A DNA stretch of 64,000 nucleotides from Amoebidium appalachense (taxonomy: Eukaryota > Protista > Ichthyosporea): NCBI GenBank assembly GCA_963693365.1, contig CAVNZM010000005.1, forward strand, positions 8,598,334-8,662,333, read 5' to 3'. A model generated the notes under the pieces. The model worked only from the letters and a program-made list of their open reading frames with translations. It was not told where the DNA came from and did not search any database. Shown piece after piece: positions 38,622 through 52,487 of the stretch. Numbering within the stretch: the stretch's first letter is position 1; every line of letters starts with the position of its first letter. Position numbers and translations under genes: made by a program.

Positions 38622-40539
38622 GGTGGGTTCAGCAGCTACATCCTACGCCGCAACAAGCATGCCGTTGGTGTTGGCCTCTCTCTCCACCCGGACGACGGGG
38701 GTCATCTCATGTCTGTCCCCGGGCCTGACCCGACCCGATTCGAAATGTGGTGGTTGGACGTAACCAAAAATCACCCGCTTAAATTCGAGGAGGAGGGGGT
38801 CAAGGTTGATCGCTGGGGCCGAGAAACGGGATCAAAATTTCCAAATTTCAATGCGAATTCGTTCGGTTTGGTGATTTGCGACGGACACAACGTCAGAAAC
38901 CCTTACGTTGCGGTGTACTGCATGAGCGAACAACAGAGAGAGAAGGTGGGGATCACACCTCTCGCAAATACAGACCCAAAGCTCCAAGGATTCGCAGAGA
39001 ACAACAACAACAAAAACAACAACAACGGCAACAATATTGACTTCAAAAACAAAAACGCAGGGGGGGATGGTGAGGATGGGCATTTTCGCGAGAGCATGCC
39101 GCTTATTGCCGCTTCCCTTCATATTGCGCTTGCGAATCTGCGCGAGGGAGGGGTATTGGTTATGCGGGACCATGCCAAGGGGGGCAGCAAGCAGGTGTGG
39201 TCATTTTTTTCGCAAACACTCACCACGTGCCCCAGGGGTGGGGGCGGGGCGGGGGCGGGGGGGGGGGGGGGGGGTTTAAATTAAGGTGGGGTGTCGGCTG
39301 CCCGTTTCTCCAATGAGCAGGCGTGATTAGGAGGGAACCGAGTGGGACATGAGAGGGAGTGGGTGGGTGGGTGGGGTGTTTTCTTTTTTGTTTCCCCCTT
39401 TTCTTTACTTTTTTTTTTTTGTGTGTGTGTGTGTGTTTTGTGGGGGAGAGGGGCGTGTGCGTGGTGTGTGTGGGTGGGTGGGGAGGGGGCGGGGGGGGGG
39501 GGGGGGGGGGGCCTAGGTGGATGTGGGGGGAATATTAGCGGGTAGTGTGTTGCACAGCGTTTTATAACGACAAAAGAGGGGCGAAAAGGAGCAAGGAAAT
39601 GAGGATACAATTTGGTTTTTTTTTTTCTTTTGGGGGGGGGGGGGGGGGGGGAGGGGGGGGGGGGATATTTGGGGCCCAGCGTGATTTTTGCTTGGGGGTG
39701 TGGGTTTGGTTGCAATACTTATACGAAATTCTAATTGCTAAATACCGTACATAAATGTATACTGCATACGACATTCAATATCCGATCCCACAAACACATA
39801 CATGTAAACTTTATAAATACGAACTTACCTTTTCAAATAGGTTGGCCTGTTGTGTTCCGTAGCGGCGATGTTCCGAGGCCCCATCCTTCCCTGCAAGCCC
39901 CGCACGGCACACACCGAACGCAGCTCCTACTACGTCACATTCCACGGATTCCTGGGGAATCACGTGATCAAAGACTATCCAATCATACGCCAGCTCGACC
40001 GGATTTGCGGGGCCCGAAATTTAAATGAGAGAGAAGGCGAGGAAGGGGGAGGAGGGGACGACGATTTGCTTTGGAGATTGCACACAATCGGGGAAAGGGG
40101 GCGGCTCGATTATGACGTCATTGTTAAGGATTACGGCCCCGCGCTCTTGCGCTATTTCGAACCCTTGTGGGCTCGACAGACTGGGGTGTTGAAGACGCTA
40201 TTGTCGGGCCTGGGCCCAGCGGGAACCGCCGGCAAATCTAAGCGGGGGGGCTCTTCGAATTTCGAGGGGGAGCAGAAGAAGGAGGTGAAGGAGACGAGGG
40301 GGAGGTTCGGAGGCGGGGTTTCGAGGGGAGGGAAGAAGAAGAGGTGGTGTACTTACTATTTGGAAGGTATGGCGGTGGGGAGGAGGTATGCGTGCCACGC
40401 GGGAAGGGATTGTCCGAATGCACACGCCGTATCCGAACTGTGTCCTGAGATGAGAGAAGGGTTTTCGGTGACTTATCAGCCATTGGTGCTCCCGGGTTTC
40501 CATAATGATATCACGACGAAGACAAGGGGGGGTCTGTGA
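37219..40539 (+). CDS. FtsJ/RrmJ-like SAM methyltransferase with C-terminal CCCH zinc finger. Exons 37219-37612, 38623-39194, 39841-40539
   Basis: SAM motif FLDVCCTPG|GFS across intron 1; LVICDG; L.EGGVLVMR; KP..AH.ERSSYYV; [14 protein letters not shown]. Splice phases are consistent. Confidence 0.8.
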
Positions 40540-41641
40540 AATTTTTGGAAGCATTACTGAAAACCATATTGCATGTGCATATTCTAACCTTAGAGTGCAT
40601 GCAACTGAGTGTTTTCTGTGTGGTTTTATGCAGTGTTGTCAATCACCGGATTAAGGCTCGTTTGCATCTTGTTTGTCCTGTGATGATCCTGGGAGCCAAC
40701 CTTCAATTCCGCATTAGTTTTTTTTGGTGCATGCAAGTAACTATGAACTTATTATACAAACCAATCATTTATTTTATTCCATGGGATTAACGATTGACGG
40801 CATAATGACGTCATGTTGCCGATGTTGACGTCTTGCGAGGAAATGCAATATCATCGGACCTTAAATGGTCTAAATGATTGAAAGATCCGACTGGCAGAAA
40901 TTTCAGAAATACTTTTGCAAAATTCATGAAAGCAATAATATGATATATCAAGGTTGTATGGCTAGTTGGAACTTATATTTCAGGCTATGCATGCCATATG
41001 TACACATTATGAAGTAGATATCGAGATAACTGCAATTCAGAAGATATACACACATGTATAGAACAAATCACAGTGTCAGACGATGCACACCCCCCTCCCC
41101 CCCCCCCCCCCCCCCCCTTCTCCCCTCCCCTCAACTCCCCTCCCCTCCCCCCCCCCCCACTTCTCCCCTCCCCTCAACCCCCTCCCCTCCCCTCCTCCCC
41201 CAACTCTCTTGTCACCCTCCTCCCCCTCCACCCACCTCTTTCTTTCCCTTATATAACTGGGCCACATTCAGTGTGTTCACACACATGCACACACACGGTC
41301 ACTTATAGATACATACCCCTGATGCCCATGTGCTTACATCGTCACCGGAGTTTCTACACTTCAGTACCGAAACTCCCCCCCTCCACCAACCCCCCCCCAC
41401 CCCCCCCCCCCCCCAACTAGCTCCTTCTGCTCCCCCATATGCATCTTTTAGATAATTGGTAGCTTTTATTCAATGCATTACATAGCAACCCTCCGACGCA
41501 GCCTTCAGGGGGCCCGAGCTGAAAACAGAGGGGAGGGAAGAGGCCCGGGGGAACACGGATATCGTGACTTTACTAATAGGACGGGAAGTGGGGAAAGGGC
41601 CGGGGAGGAAAAAAAGGGCGGGCAGGCGGGCGGGCGGGCGG

Positions 41642-41648
41642 GCGGGGG

Positions 41649-41740
<92 letters not shown>

Positions 41741-41800
41741 GGGGAGGGGGAGGGGAGGGAGGTGAGGAGGAGGGGGGGGGGGGGGGGAATGGGGGGGGGG
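41642..41800. repeat. Very long G homopolymer (~90 G) in a G-rich tract
   Basis: Direct inspection; length is unreliable. Confidence 0.85.
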
Positions 41801-42716
41801 GGCAAAGAAGGGTTTCGGTGAAACACATGCGCGTAATAAGGTGTTGGCATACGAGCCTATCTGCATATAGGTCGGGTAAGCTTTAATCTCATGAATAACC
41901 TTAGGCAGTATGGAATGATTGGTCACGGTGTAACTATGATTATTAACACATCATGTATCTGTTGCCTTTTAACGGACCACACACCCTTTTCGTTTTTTGT
42001 TCGATTTGCTAAGATAATGGGCACCGTATCTAGCGACGGTCTAACAATATTCTAAAGATTCAATATTACTTAGGCCTCCCCCCCCCCCCCCCCTCCCCCC
42101 AGGCCCCCTACACATACACCCTCCCACACACCACACATTTGCGCACATGGCTCCGCACACACACACACACCGTACACAATACGACAGCTGAAATTGCCCG
42201 TGCACATGTATACTTACAAGCACTCGAGCCTAAACACACACACACATATACCTCTCCATAGCACCTCAGACGGCAGACATGCTTGCTCAACCACTACTGA
42301 CGACTAGATACTAACAGTTGATATTCCTTTTCTGCCCCTCTCCATCCTCCCCCCCCCCCCCTCCCCCTCCCCTCTCTCCCCCCCCCCCGCCCCACACACA
42401 CACACACACGCACACACGCACACACACACACACACACCCCCGCTCACTCACCGACCCAGCCCCCACCCACCCATTGTATCGACAACCTTTTATATCACTA
42501 AAACTTACGACTCTCCTTTACTAAGTAAAGGAATGAATAATACGCGTAACATTAAGCACCACAACACAACCGGAGCAGCTAAGTAAAAGCTTTCGAATCG
42601 AACAATTACAAGTTTCCTTTATAGAATACCAAAGATAAGTAAGACGGGCCTGAAACACCCATTATGACTTCTCTTATGTAGTAGTCTACTGAATATACGG
42701 GGTTTCCATTAGGACT

Positions 42717-42903
42717 TTAGGCTGTTGAAGAGGGTCTGCGGACGCACGCCACAGCTGCTGCGCTGTAATTTGCACCCTTGTTGTTGTCCCAGTATGTGTG
42801 CCCCGCACATTCGTACTTGACGCTGTAGGTGGCAATGTGCCCAGGCGGCACTGGAAGCACGAACCTGTGTGAGTGTGTGTGTGTGTGTGTGTGGGGGGGG
42901 GGG

Positions 42904-42958
<55 letters not shown>

Positions 42959-44404
42959 ACGGTGTTTATCCTTAGCTGTGGTGTGTGCATGTAATCCGGT
43001 TCCCCTCGAGAGGGGAGGGGGGAGGGGAGGGGGGTCCGAACAAGGCAAGAATTGAATAGAACAGAAAGGAGTTTCCAATATACAACACAGACATACGGAT
43101 GCCTGCCACCCACCCACCCACCCTTCCCCAATTAGCAACCCACCCACCCCACCCACGGTGACCCCACACCCACCAACCCGTGAGTCAACTACCAACCTAC
43201 CCACGCGCCCAATTCCCAAATCAAAAAAATCACCCATGCACCCACCCATCCACACAATCCCCCAATCAAAAAATACACACACCAACCTCCTTCCCCCCCC
43301 CCCCCCCCCCCCCCCCCCCTCCCCCCCTCCCCAACACACAAAAGACCTCACCTGAACACATCCACAACAGGACTAGCAGCGTGGGACCACCACGCATTCG
43401 TACAATGAGTAGTCACGCCATCATTCTCCGTCCAATGAACGGTCACCGTCTTCTCATACGCCATATTCTTCACATACACCTGCCCATTCACTCCATCGGC
43501 AACAACAACTGAATTCACTGCTTGCACGCCCATAACCGCCTCCCCGCGAACAATCGGGTTGACGTATTCGACAACGGACGCCAAAGCTTTGGAAGAGCGA
43601 CGCCGGGTGGGCGCCGGGGCGATTAGCGCGGAAGGGGAGGAGACGCCAGCGCCGGCGGATATCCCTTCGAGAGTAACTGTTTCCTGTTTCATGTGCACGT
43701 GCTTCTCCTTCTCCTTCTCTTTCTCTGTCTCTTTCTTGCATGAAGCCGGCGCGCCCAGCGTAGAAACAGTGCTAGTGGCGGGGGCGGTAGTAACGTCCAC
43801 ACGTGGGGGGAAAGGGTGCGAATGCACGTGCAAAGAGGAAGAAGACGAAGAGGGCTGTTGTTGTCCCTGTCCCAGCGGGGTAAGGTGGGACGCGAGGGGT
43901 GTCTTGTTGTTCGGGGACGGAGCAGAAGCCAAGGACACGGGTCGAATCCCGTCGCGGCTCCCCACTGACGGACGCTTAGCCATAGGTACCTCTTGCAAGA
44001 TAGGCACCGGATGGGTATACTTGTAGTGGCTCTCGCGGCTGAGAGGGGACGCGGGGCCGTGAGCAAGAGGGGAGAGAGGAGGGGTAGGGGAGGAAGGAGG
44101 AGACATGTTTGCCGGAGAGGTGATTGCGCGCGCGCGACGTTTGTTCGCGGTTGTTGGGCTCCCGATAGGGGTTCCGGCGCGAGAGGAACGTCTCGAGCCT
44201 GGGAGGTCTTCGTCGCTACCAAATTCAGTGTCTGAGTCCCCTGGGTTCTGGATGCTTTCGAGCATGGCACGAAGACGGCTGGCTTTTGTGAGGGTGTCTT
44301 CTTTGGTGGAGGAGGAGGAGGACAAGGTGGTGTTCTTTGAGGCTTTCGCGTTGGTGCGTTGTGCTTGGCGGATGATGGAGAGGACTCGCTGTTCGTGTGT
44401 GTGT

Positions 44405-44435
<31 letters not shown>

Positions 44436-44575
44436 GAGGGTTGGAGGGTTGGGAGAGGAGGGTAGTCGGGGGAGCGAGGGTGGGTGGGGGGGGGGGAAGG
44501 GTGGGTGGGGGTGTGGGGATTGGGGGTTAGAGGTTGGGAGTTGGGAGGGGGGGGAGGGAGGGGGGAGGGGAGGAG

Positions 44576-44634
<59 letters not shown>

Positions 44635-44826
44635 TGTGTGTGCATGACGGTCGGCGGGAAGGCAGATGGGCTGGCCGGGGGGGGGGGGGGGGGGGATGGG
44701 AGGGGGGGGATAAAAGGGAAAAGAAAAGGGGGTGGGGGGGGGGGAAAGGGGGAAAGGGTTAGAATGTGTCATACGGTTTATAGTGCAAAAAACAGAATGG
44801 GAGAGGTGTGGCACCGGGCATAGCAA

Positions 44827-44887
<61 letters not shown>

Positions 44888-47133
44888 CTCTCTGCATACA
44901 TGAACGCGCGCGCGCACCCACCCACCCACCCACCCACCCACCCACCCACCCACACACACCCACACACACACAAACACACACACACACACGTACCCGCCAG
45001 CGCTCCTGTGCGTTGAACTGTTTGATCTTGTTGACGTGCACCTGGCTGATGATGTTTGCTATCGCCAGCTTGTCCACGTGCGCCTAAAAAAGTGTGTGTG
45101 TGTGTGTGGCGGAGGGGAAATGTGGGGGGGGGGGGGGGGGGGGAGGGAGGGGGGGGGGGAAGTAAAGTCAGTAGAGAACAGGTGTGGGAAAAAATGAACC
45201 TTAGGGGGCTGGGAGGAGAAGGAGGAGGCGGGGGGGGGGGGGGGTAGAATGTGGAACACGGCACAAAGCAAAGATCCAGCAAAAAACTTTGCAGGACACA
45301 TGCAAAAGCAAAACTTCGACTGTGCAACATCAGCGTGCGGGGGGGGGGGGGGGGGGGGGGGGTTTAAATGCGGAACACGGTACGAAGTACACATACACGA
45401 TGAGAAGCATGGTCAGGACACATGCAAAGGCAAACATTCAAGTATGCAACATCGGCCATGCACACAGTATGCGTCATAAGCAGAGGCCATCCTCAGGGGG
45501 GAGAGGGGAAGGGGGGAGGCGGGTAGGGGAGGGGGGATACTCGGTACGAAAGTGCCGCACACAACCGGTAACTGTAATTCGGATATTCAAAGGCAGAACA
45601 CACAAGGCATGTCAGATAAGCAGAGCTCATCATCATCATTATTTTTTTTTTTTTGGAGGGGGGGGGGGGGGTAGGGAATGGGTGCCATGATTTAAGAGTG
45701 CGTTACTAATTTACAGAGTAACTGATATGCATACACATTCATGACGGCAAACACAATGAAGTTTTGCAAAGCACACACAGGGGGTAGGTGGGGGGGTAAG
45801 GGCATGGGTGGATGGGGGGGTGGGAGGTTCAAAGCAGGCAGAAACTATATAGCAATGTTATTAATACAATGGTGGTGATATCAGTCAGATGGGTGTAGAG
45901 GGGTGACGGCAAGCAACAAATCCAATGGCAAGCAACAAGCAACCACCATTTAGAAGAGATAGAGACCAATAGAGACAATAGCACTGTAAGCGTAAACACT
46001 GCCGTTTTTCCAATCAGAAATTGAGAAAAGTGATGTAAACTGATGGTGTAGTATATGCAAATATTTTTTTTTTTTTTGGACATACCGGCTCCACGTGCTC
46101 TGTTGGGGCTGCGGTTGCCCTCTGCGCAATCTTCATTGGTAGCTGTAGCACATTGGAGGAGGCGGCGTCGGCGGGGGGGGGGGGGGGGGGGGGGGAGGGG
46201 GGGAGAGGGGGGAGGGGAGGGGAGAATGGGGAGGGGGGAGACGGGGGAGGGAGGGGGGAGATGGGGGAGGCAAGGGGGGGGGGGGGGGGGGGGGGAAGGG
46301 AGGGAAGAGAAGAATGTATGTGTTAGAGGTTGGTAAACATAGAAGCAAAGTTGCAAGACAAAAACACAAGAAACAAACAAACCATATCGGTGGGCAGGAG
46401 GCACTTTAGCACTTTCATGAAGTTCCAGGGACTGGCGAGGGAAGGGAGGGAAGGGGGAGGGGGGCGGGGGGGAGAGGAAGGAGGGAGCGAGGGGGGAGGG
46501 GAGGGGGTGGATGCTAATTAAGATGACCAGGTTTCACTGCCTAAGCCACAAACAGAGTAAGTGGGTGGAAGGGGCGGAGTGGGGAAGGGGGGGGGGGGGG
46601 GGGGGGTTATACCTTGAACCAGTCGTGGTCGAGACAGTCCTTTGCTGTGGGCCGTTTCTTAGGCATCTTCTGCAATACACAAAAAACACACGTTCATATG
46701 TTTGTTAGAGAAATGGTTATGTTTTCCTAACCCTCTTCCTGGACACACAAAACACAAACGAACACGCATGCACATATCCTTGTTAGGGGAGGACGATGTT
46801 TTCCTATCCCTACTCCATCACACACATCCGTGTGCGCGACTCATGACCTTCCTACTGTGCCACATCGATACAGGCATGTGCCCCACATTCATAGTGACGG
46901 TTTCCTGTCTTCTTTCCTTGACACATGCATGTGTGCGTGTGGATGGGACCCTCCCTCCTCCCCCCCCCCCCCCCTCCCCCTCTCCCATTCATTGTGCTAC
47001 ATGCATGCACGTATGTAAGAGGCATAGACGAGGGAGACACCCGAATGGTTGGTCTCACCTGTTATAATAATACAAATGGGGCCTATTTTCGACTCCATTC
47101 AAACAAAGTAGCACCCCCCCCCCCCCCCCGCCC

Positions 47134-47174
<41 letters not shown>

Positions 47175-47364
47175 CCCCGCCGCCCCCCTTCTCACCCTTC
47201 CTTTCCTCTCTCTCGGCCCTACAGCTCTCTCTCTGCAGAAGCTCTCTACCAAGGTGCAAGTATACAGCAACAACACAAACATCGCATGTACCAAGAAACC
47301 TTGTCAGTTTCCCGATTCCATGTTTATGCTACTGACTACTCACCTGGAGCTCCCAATCGGTCAC

Positions 47365-47397
<33 letters not shown>

Positions 47398-47640
47398 GGC
47401 CCGCCCACCCACCTGCGCCCCCCCCACCCCTTCCCCTCATCCTTCGCCCTCCGCCACCTTTCCCCCCTTCTCCCCTTCCATTTTGCCTTTCCACAATGCA
47501 TCGCACAGAGCAGGTTGAAGGGTGGTAGCGTGCTCACCTGCAGCAGCTTTGAGATGAAATCAATAGCCTCGGGAGAGGGCTTTGTCTCGAAGTCCTGGTC
47601 AAACCCGAGCACGGCTGTGTGTGTGTGTGCGTGTGTTTGT

Positions 47641-47708
<68 letters not shown>

Positions 47709-47901
47709 ACGTGTGTGCGTGCGCGGGTGTGCATGTGTCTGTGTGTGGTGGTGAAGAGGTGGAATGGTGAGGAGGCGGAATGGCTGAAGGGGTGGTGATG
47801 GTTGTAGTGTGTATGTGTGCATGTGTGTATATGTGTGTGTTCGTGGCGTCACAACTGTGCAATGAAGTGTGCAACAGTAATCTGTGTGTGCGTGGATGCA
47901 G

Positions 47902-47972
<71 letters not shown>

Positions 47973-48157
47973 GGTGGGTGTAAAGGAATAAGAAGTTGGG
48001 TGGTGGTTGTTCACGGTATATCAATGGACAGATGTATAACGAAAAACCGGTGCATTGAATGGTATAAGACACAACCACGAAAGAGCAAACCGTCCATGGG
48101 TGGTGTTTTTGGGCGGGGGGGTTGACACATTCGGAGTAAATGAATTTTTTAAACCGC

Positions 48158-48254
<97 letters not shown>

Positions 48255-48548
48255 CTCTCTGGCGCCTTTCTGTGGCATGTCAACCACAACCCACCTTTGT
48301 TGATTTGGGAGTGTGTCTCTGCCTCTGTGTCCCCCTTGAATGGCAGGCCACCGCTCAGCCTGTGGGCGTGGTGACACTGTTATTAGCAAGATTTGTCGAG
48401 GTGATGGCTATTATTAGAGCCATGTGTTGAGGTGGAATACTGCGCGAGCTTATCCCTCAATATCCATCTGTGTGTACGCGTTTACGTGTTTCTCTTTTTG
48501 TGTGTCTTTATTGGCAGGCTTGGGGTGATGAGTGGTGGTAGTGGTGGT

Positions 48549-48616
<68 letters not shown>

Positions 48617-48625
48617 CGTGCGTGC

Positions 48626-48664
<39 letters not shown>

Positions 48665-49857
48665 TTGGGGGGGGGGGGAGGGGGGAAGGGAGGGGGGGGG
48701 GGAAGGTGGTGGAAGGGAGCCCGGGAGTGGAAGACGGCCAAGGGTGGGCATGAAGGGTGGATAGGAGGGTGGAAGGAGGGGGAGGGGGCAGGGGAAGAGG
48801 GTTAGAGAGGAGGGGCAAAAGAAATAGAGGCAAAGCACATACAGCAGGTAGGTGATAACACCGACACTCCACAGGTCAGCGGCGCAGGTTGTGGGCTCAA
48901 AGTTGATGACCTCTGGTGCCGAATACTCCAAGGTGCCTACGAGCTCTTTGATTGGCTGGGGGCCAAGGATCACGCTCAGCCCAAAGTCGATCAGCTTGAT
49001 GCCGCTGTCCAGGTCGTTGCCTTTGAGGAGGATGTTTTCAGGCTGCGGGAGTATTGCCATATAAGGTTATTATGTAGCCAATGAAAATTGTGCACAGCTG
49101 ATTGAATGGGCGGAGAAATGCCAAAAAAAAAAAAAGAAAAAAAAAAAAAGAAAAAGAAGAAAACCAAAAAGAAAACACCTTGTGAACACCTGATTGAATA
49201 GCAGGAGAAATCCCCCCCCCCCCCCCCCCCCCCCCCCCCCACAAAAAAAAAAAAAAAAAAAAAAAGCAGTGTGTGCACACACACCTTGAGGTCGCGGTGG
49301 ACAATATTTAAACTGTGCAAGTAGACCAGGCCGTCGAGGATGGACCGGATGATGGGGATGGCCTCCAGCTCCGTGAAGATCTCCTTGGCCGCTATCTTGT
49401 GGAATAGCTCCCCCCCGGCTATCCTGAAATTCGAAGAAAAATAAAAATGCAGTGGTGTTATCGTGTGTGTGCATGCGCTGGCGCACAAGTTCAGGTGGAA
49501 TAGCTGCCCCCCGGCAATCCTTAACGTTTTTTTTTCCTTAACTTTATTTTTTCCCCCCCCGGGGGGGGGGGGGGGGGGGGGGGGCACGTATTTGTGTGTG
49601 GACATGCAAGGGTGCACGAGTTTACCCTTCTGTGGATTTGCTCAGGGCTTCCTGGAATCCTGGAAAACTCAGAAATTGAACTGAAACCATGGGAGGTTGA
49701 TTTAATGTGTGCAAACAGAGCGCATGAGTTTCAATCTTGTGTGTTAACCCCCCCTCCCCCTCCCTTTCTGCTCCTCCTCCAGGGGGCAATCTCGATCTTG
49801 GAAAATCCATAAAACTCAGACACAAAATGCACAGTTACCAATTCGTCCATCGGTACT

Positions 49858-49888
<31 letters not shown>

Positions 49889-51715
49889 CCATGCCAAGAA
49901 ATCCAGCGATCAGATTTCGAAACGACACTCCTTGAATAATCCCCCCTCCCCCCCCCCCCCCTCCCTTTCCCCCCCCCCCCCCCCTCAACCAGGGGGCCAG
50001 GGGAGTGCAATCTCGGAAACATGTGAGTGGTGAGAACGTGTACGAAGGCTTTGTATATCTGCATGGCTTCTGCTTTGCAAAAAATGCTGTAATTGTGCAC
50101 CTTTTTGAAACAATGTGTAGAAGGAGCCTAGCTAGAATGGCGGTGGAGGGGGTGAGGGGGCGGGCAGTGGTAGTGGTAGTGGGTAAGCAGAGTATGTTGG
50201 CCTGTAGTGTTTGCGCGTTTGATTGACATTTGTGAGTGCGTGCGTGTGCATGTTCGTGTGCGTGTGCGTGTGTGTCTGTGTGTGTGAGCACACACGTGTG
50301 TGGTTGGGTGCCCAAAAGGGGATGGTGAAGGTGTGTGTGTGTGTGTGGGGGGGGGGGGGGAGGGGGGGGTATACGTCCTTGACAGAAAAAGGAAGCAGAG
50401 CTACAATACCAGAAAATCCAAAAGATAAAAGCCAAAGCAAATGTACCGAGATTGTACTACGCAAGGAAGCCCGGGCCCATATAATTTAGTGGAGTCTACA
50501 CAGGTAGAGGGTTACTATGTGATATAGATATGCGTGGGTAGGCCTAGTGTGCTACTGTGTGTGTTTGTGTTTGTGTGTGTGTATGTGTGCGCGCACGTGT
50601 GTGTATGTGTGTGTATGTGTGTGTGGTGTGTAACCTGTGGTATTGATGGCCCGTGCCACTATGCTGCATGTGCACCACGTGTGGTGTTCAGGTGCAGTAT
50701 GAAATGAAGATTTGTATGTTTGCTAAAGGTTTAAAACTTTCTGTGTGCGTGTCTAAGAAGAGAACAGGATTCCCCCATGACCAGCCCCCCCGTCTACCTG
50801 TCCCTGGCCACCAACACAAATATACTATACCTCCATATAACAACAATCCTGCAAACACCCGGTATAACGGCCATAAATGAGCGCAACCCCCCTCCTCCCC
50901 TCTTCCCGCCCCCTCCCCCCCCCCCCCTCCCCCTCCTCCCCTCCCCCCCAAGCTGCCCTATCCCCTCCCATTCTCCAACCTGAAAACTGCAAAATCTCAG
51001 GCTGAACCAAACGGCCCAGAACTAATCCAGCCTACCGAATGAAAAAAGAAATACGGTAGGTGCAAAGAAATGTGCTCATTCTTGCAGATGAGCATCACCG
51101 ATGCATTTGACGGAGACAAGTATGCAAAGTTCAGCCAGTTAGAGAGCTATGCCACGCTTTGAAGATGTTGCATGCACGCGGTGCTCATGTGGCTTAGTGC
51201 TTCCCAATACGCGCTTCCCATTGCGTGAGTGAGTCAAGTGCTATCTGTGGCATAAAACCTGTAGGGATATGGAACACTTACAATTCAAGGACAAGAACCA
51301 TTTTCTGCCTGGACTCGTACACATCCACGAGATGCATGCAGTTTGGGTGGTTGATCATTTTCAAGATGTCAACCTCCAGTTTGGCCTGCGTGTGATGGGA
51401 CACGGTTCAGACACACTTCATCTCGTTTCCCGACTTAGATCTGCCTGTATATTTTTTTGGCCCACAGCAGTAATCAAGGGGATCACTTATGCTTTGGTCC
51501 TCCAAACTTAATTAATACTGATCGGGTGAGGAAACCATAACGTGCAGCCCAGCCGTTGGGACCTACCCGATTGAGCATGCAGCATCAGAAGAGCTATCGA
51601 TGCTAAAAAATTGATCGCACGGAAAGAAGTCACTAGCTCAGTGCGAGTGAACTGTATGTTGTATCTGCAGGCTGAAGCACGGCATACCCTCCTATCCCCC
51701 TCCTTCTCCCCCCCC

Positions 51716-51750
<35 letters not shown>

Positions 51751-52487
51751 TTTTCCCCTTTGCCCTCACCCCTCCCTCGCCCTACCATCCTTCCGGGCCC
51801 TCCTCCCCCCCACCCCCCTTCCCCCTTCTCACCCCCTCCCTTTTGTGAGTTGAGCAACCATCATGCAATAATGATGTTCCACATCACCCCCTGGTTAACA
51901 CTTATGCGCAGTATAAAAAAAACATCCCCAACGCAGGCAGATGGAAAAAAACTTAAAATTGCGTAAGACATATGAAAAGCCTGTGTACAGATCTTACATG
52001 CCAGAGCATAGCCACAATACCTTTTCTTTGGTGAAACCCTTCCTTGTTGCACGTTTATCCACAATCTTGGCAGCATAAAACTCACCAGTCTTTTTGTGTT
52101 GGCACTTATTGACTGTGCCAAAACGACCCCTGCAGAATAAAGAATGCCCAATACCATTCAGATCTGTCCAACGACATCTGGAAGTGTGTCGCCAACTCAA
52201 CCTCCCTCCCCCCCCCCCCCCCCCCCCCCTCCCCCCTCCCCCGGCCCCCCCACACCACACACACACACACACACACCACCCCACCGGCCTCCCCGGACAG
52301 CAACAACCATCACTCCCAAACACATTTTGTTTGATTGACGTATCATCCCCGTAATTTAAGTATAGCAATAAAAACCACCAATTTTCGAAAACAATCAGGG
52401 AAAGAAAACACACCTGCCCATGAGATCCTGAAGGTCGTAGTCATCCTCAAACGGCTGCTGTTTAGCCCACGGCACTATTTGTGTCAT
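42717..52487 (-). CDS. DAPK/MLCK-like Ca2+/calmodulin-regulated Ser/Thr kinase fused to a C-terminal CBM21 glycogen-binding domain, ~718 aa. Exons 52487-52414, 52129-52021, 51385-51282, 49423-49285, 49042-48843, 48359-48295, 47614-47538, 46669-46613, 46142-46086, 45083-44994, 44388-43352, 42864-42717
   Basis: [51 protein letters not shown]; CaM-site-like [11 protein letters not shown]; CBM21 motifs [16 protein letters not shown] and [10 protein letters not shown]. All 11 GT-AG junctions keep frame (2157 nt). Confidence 0.88.
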
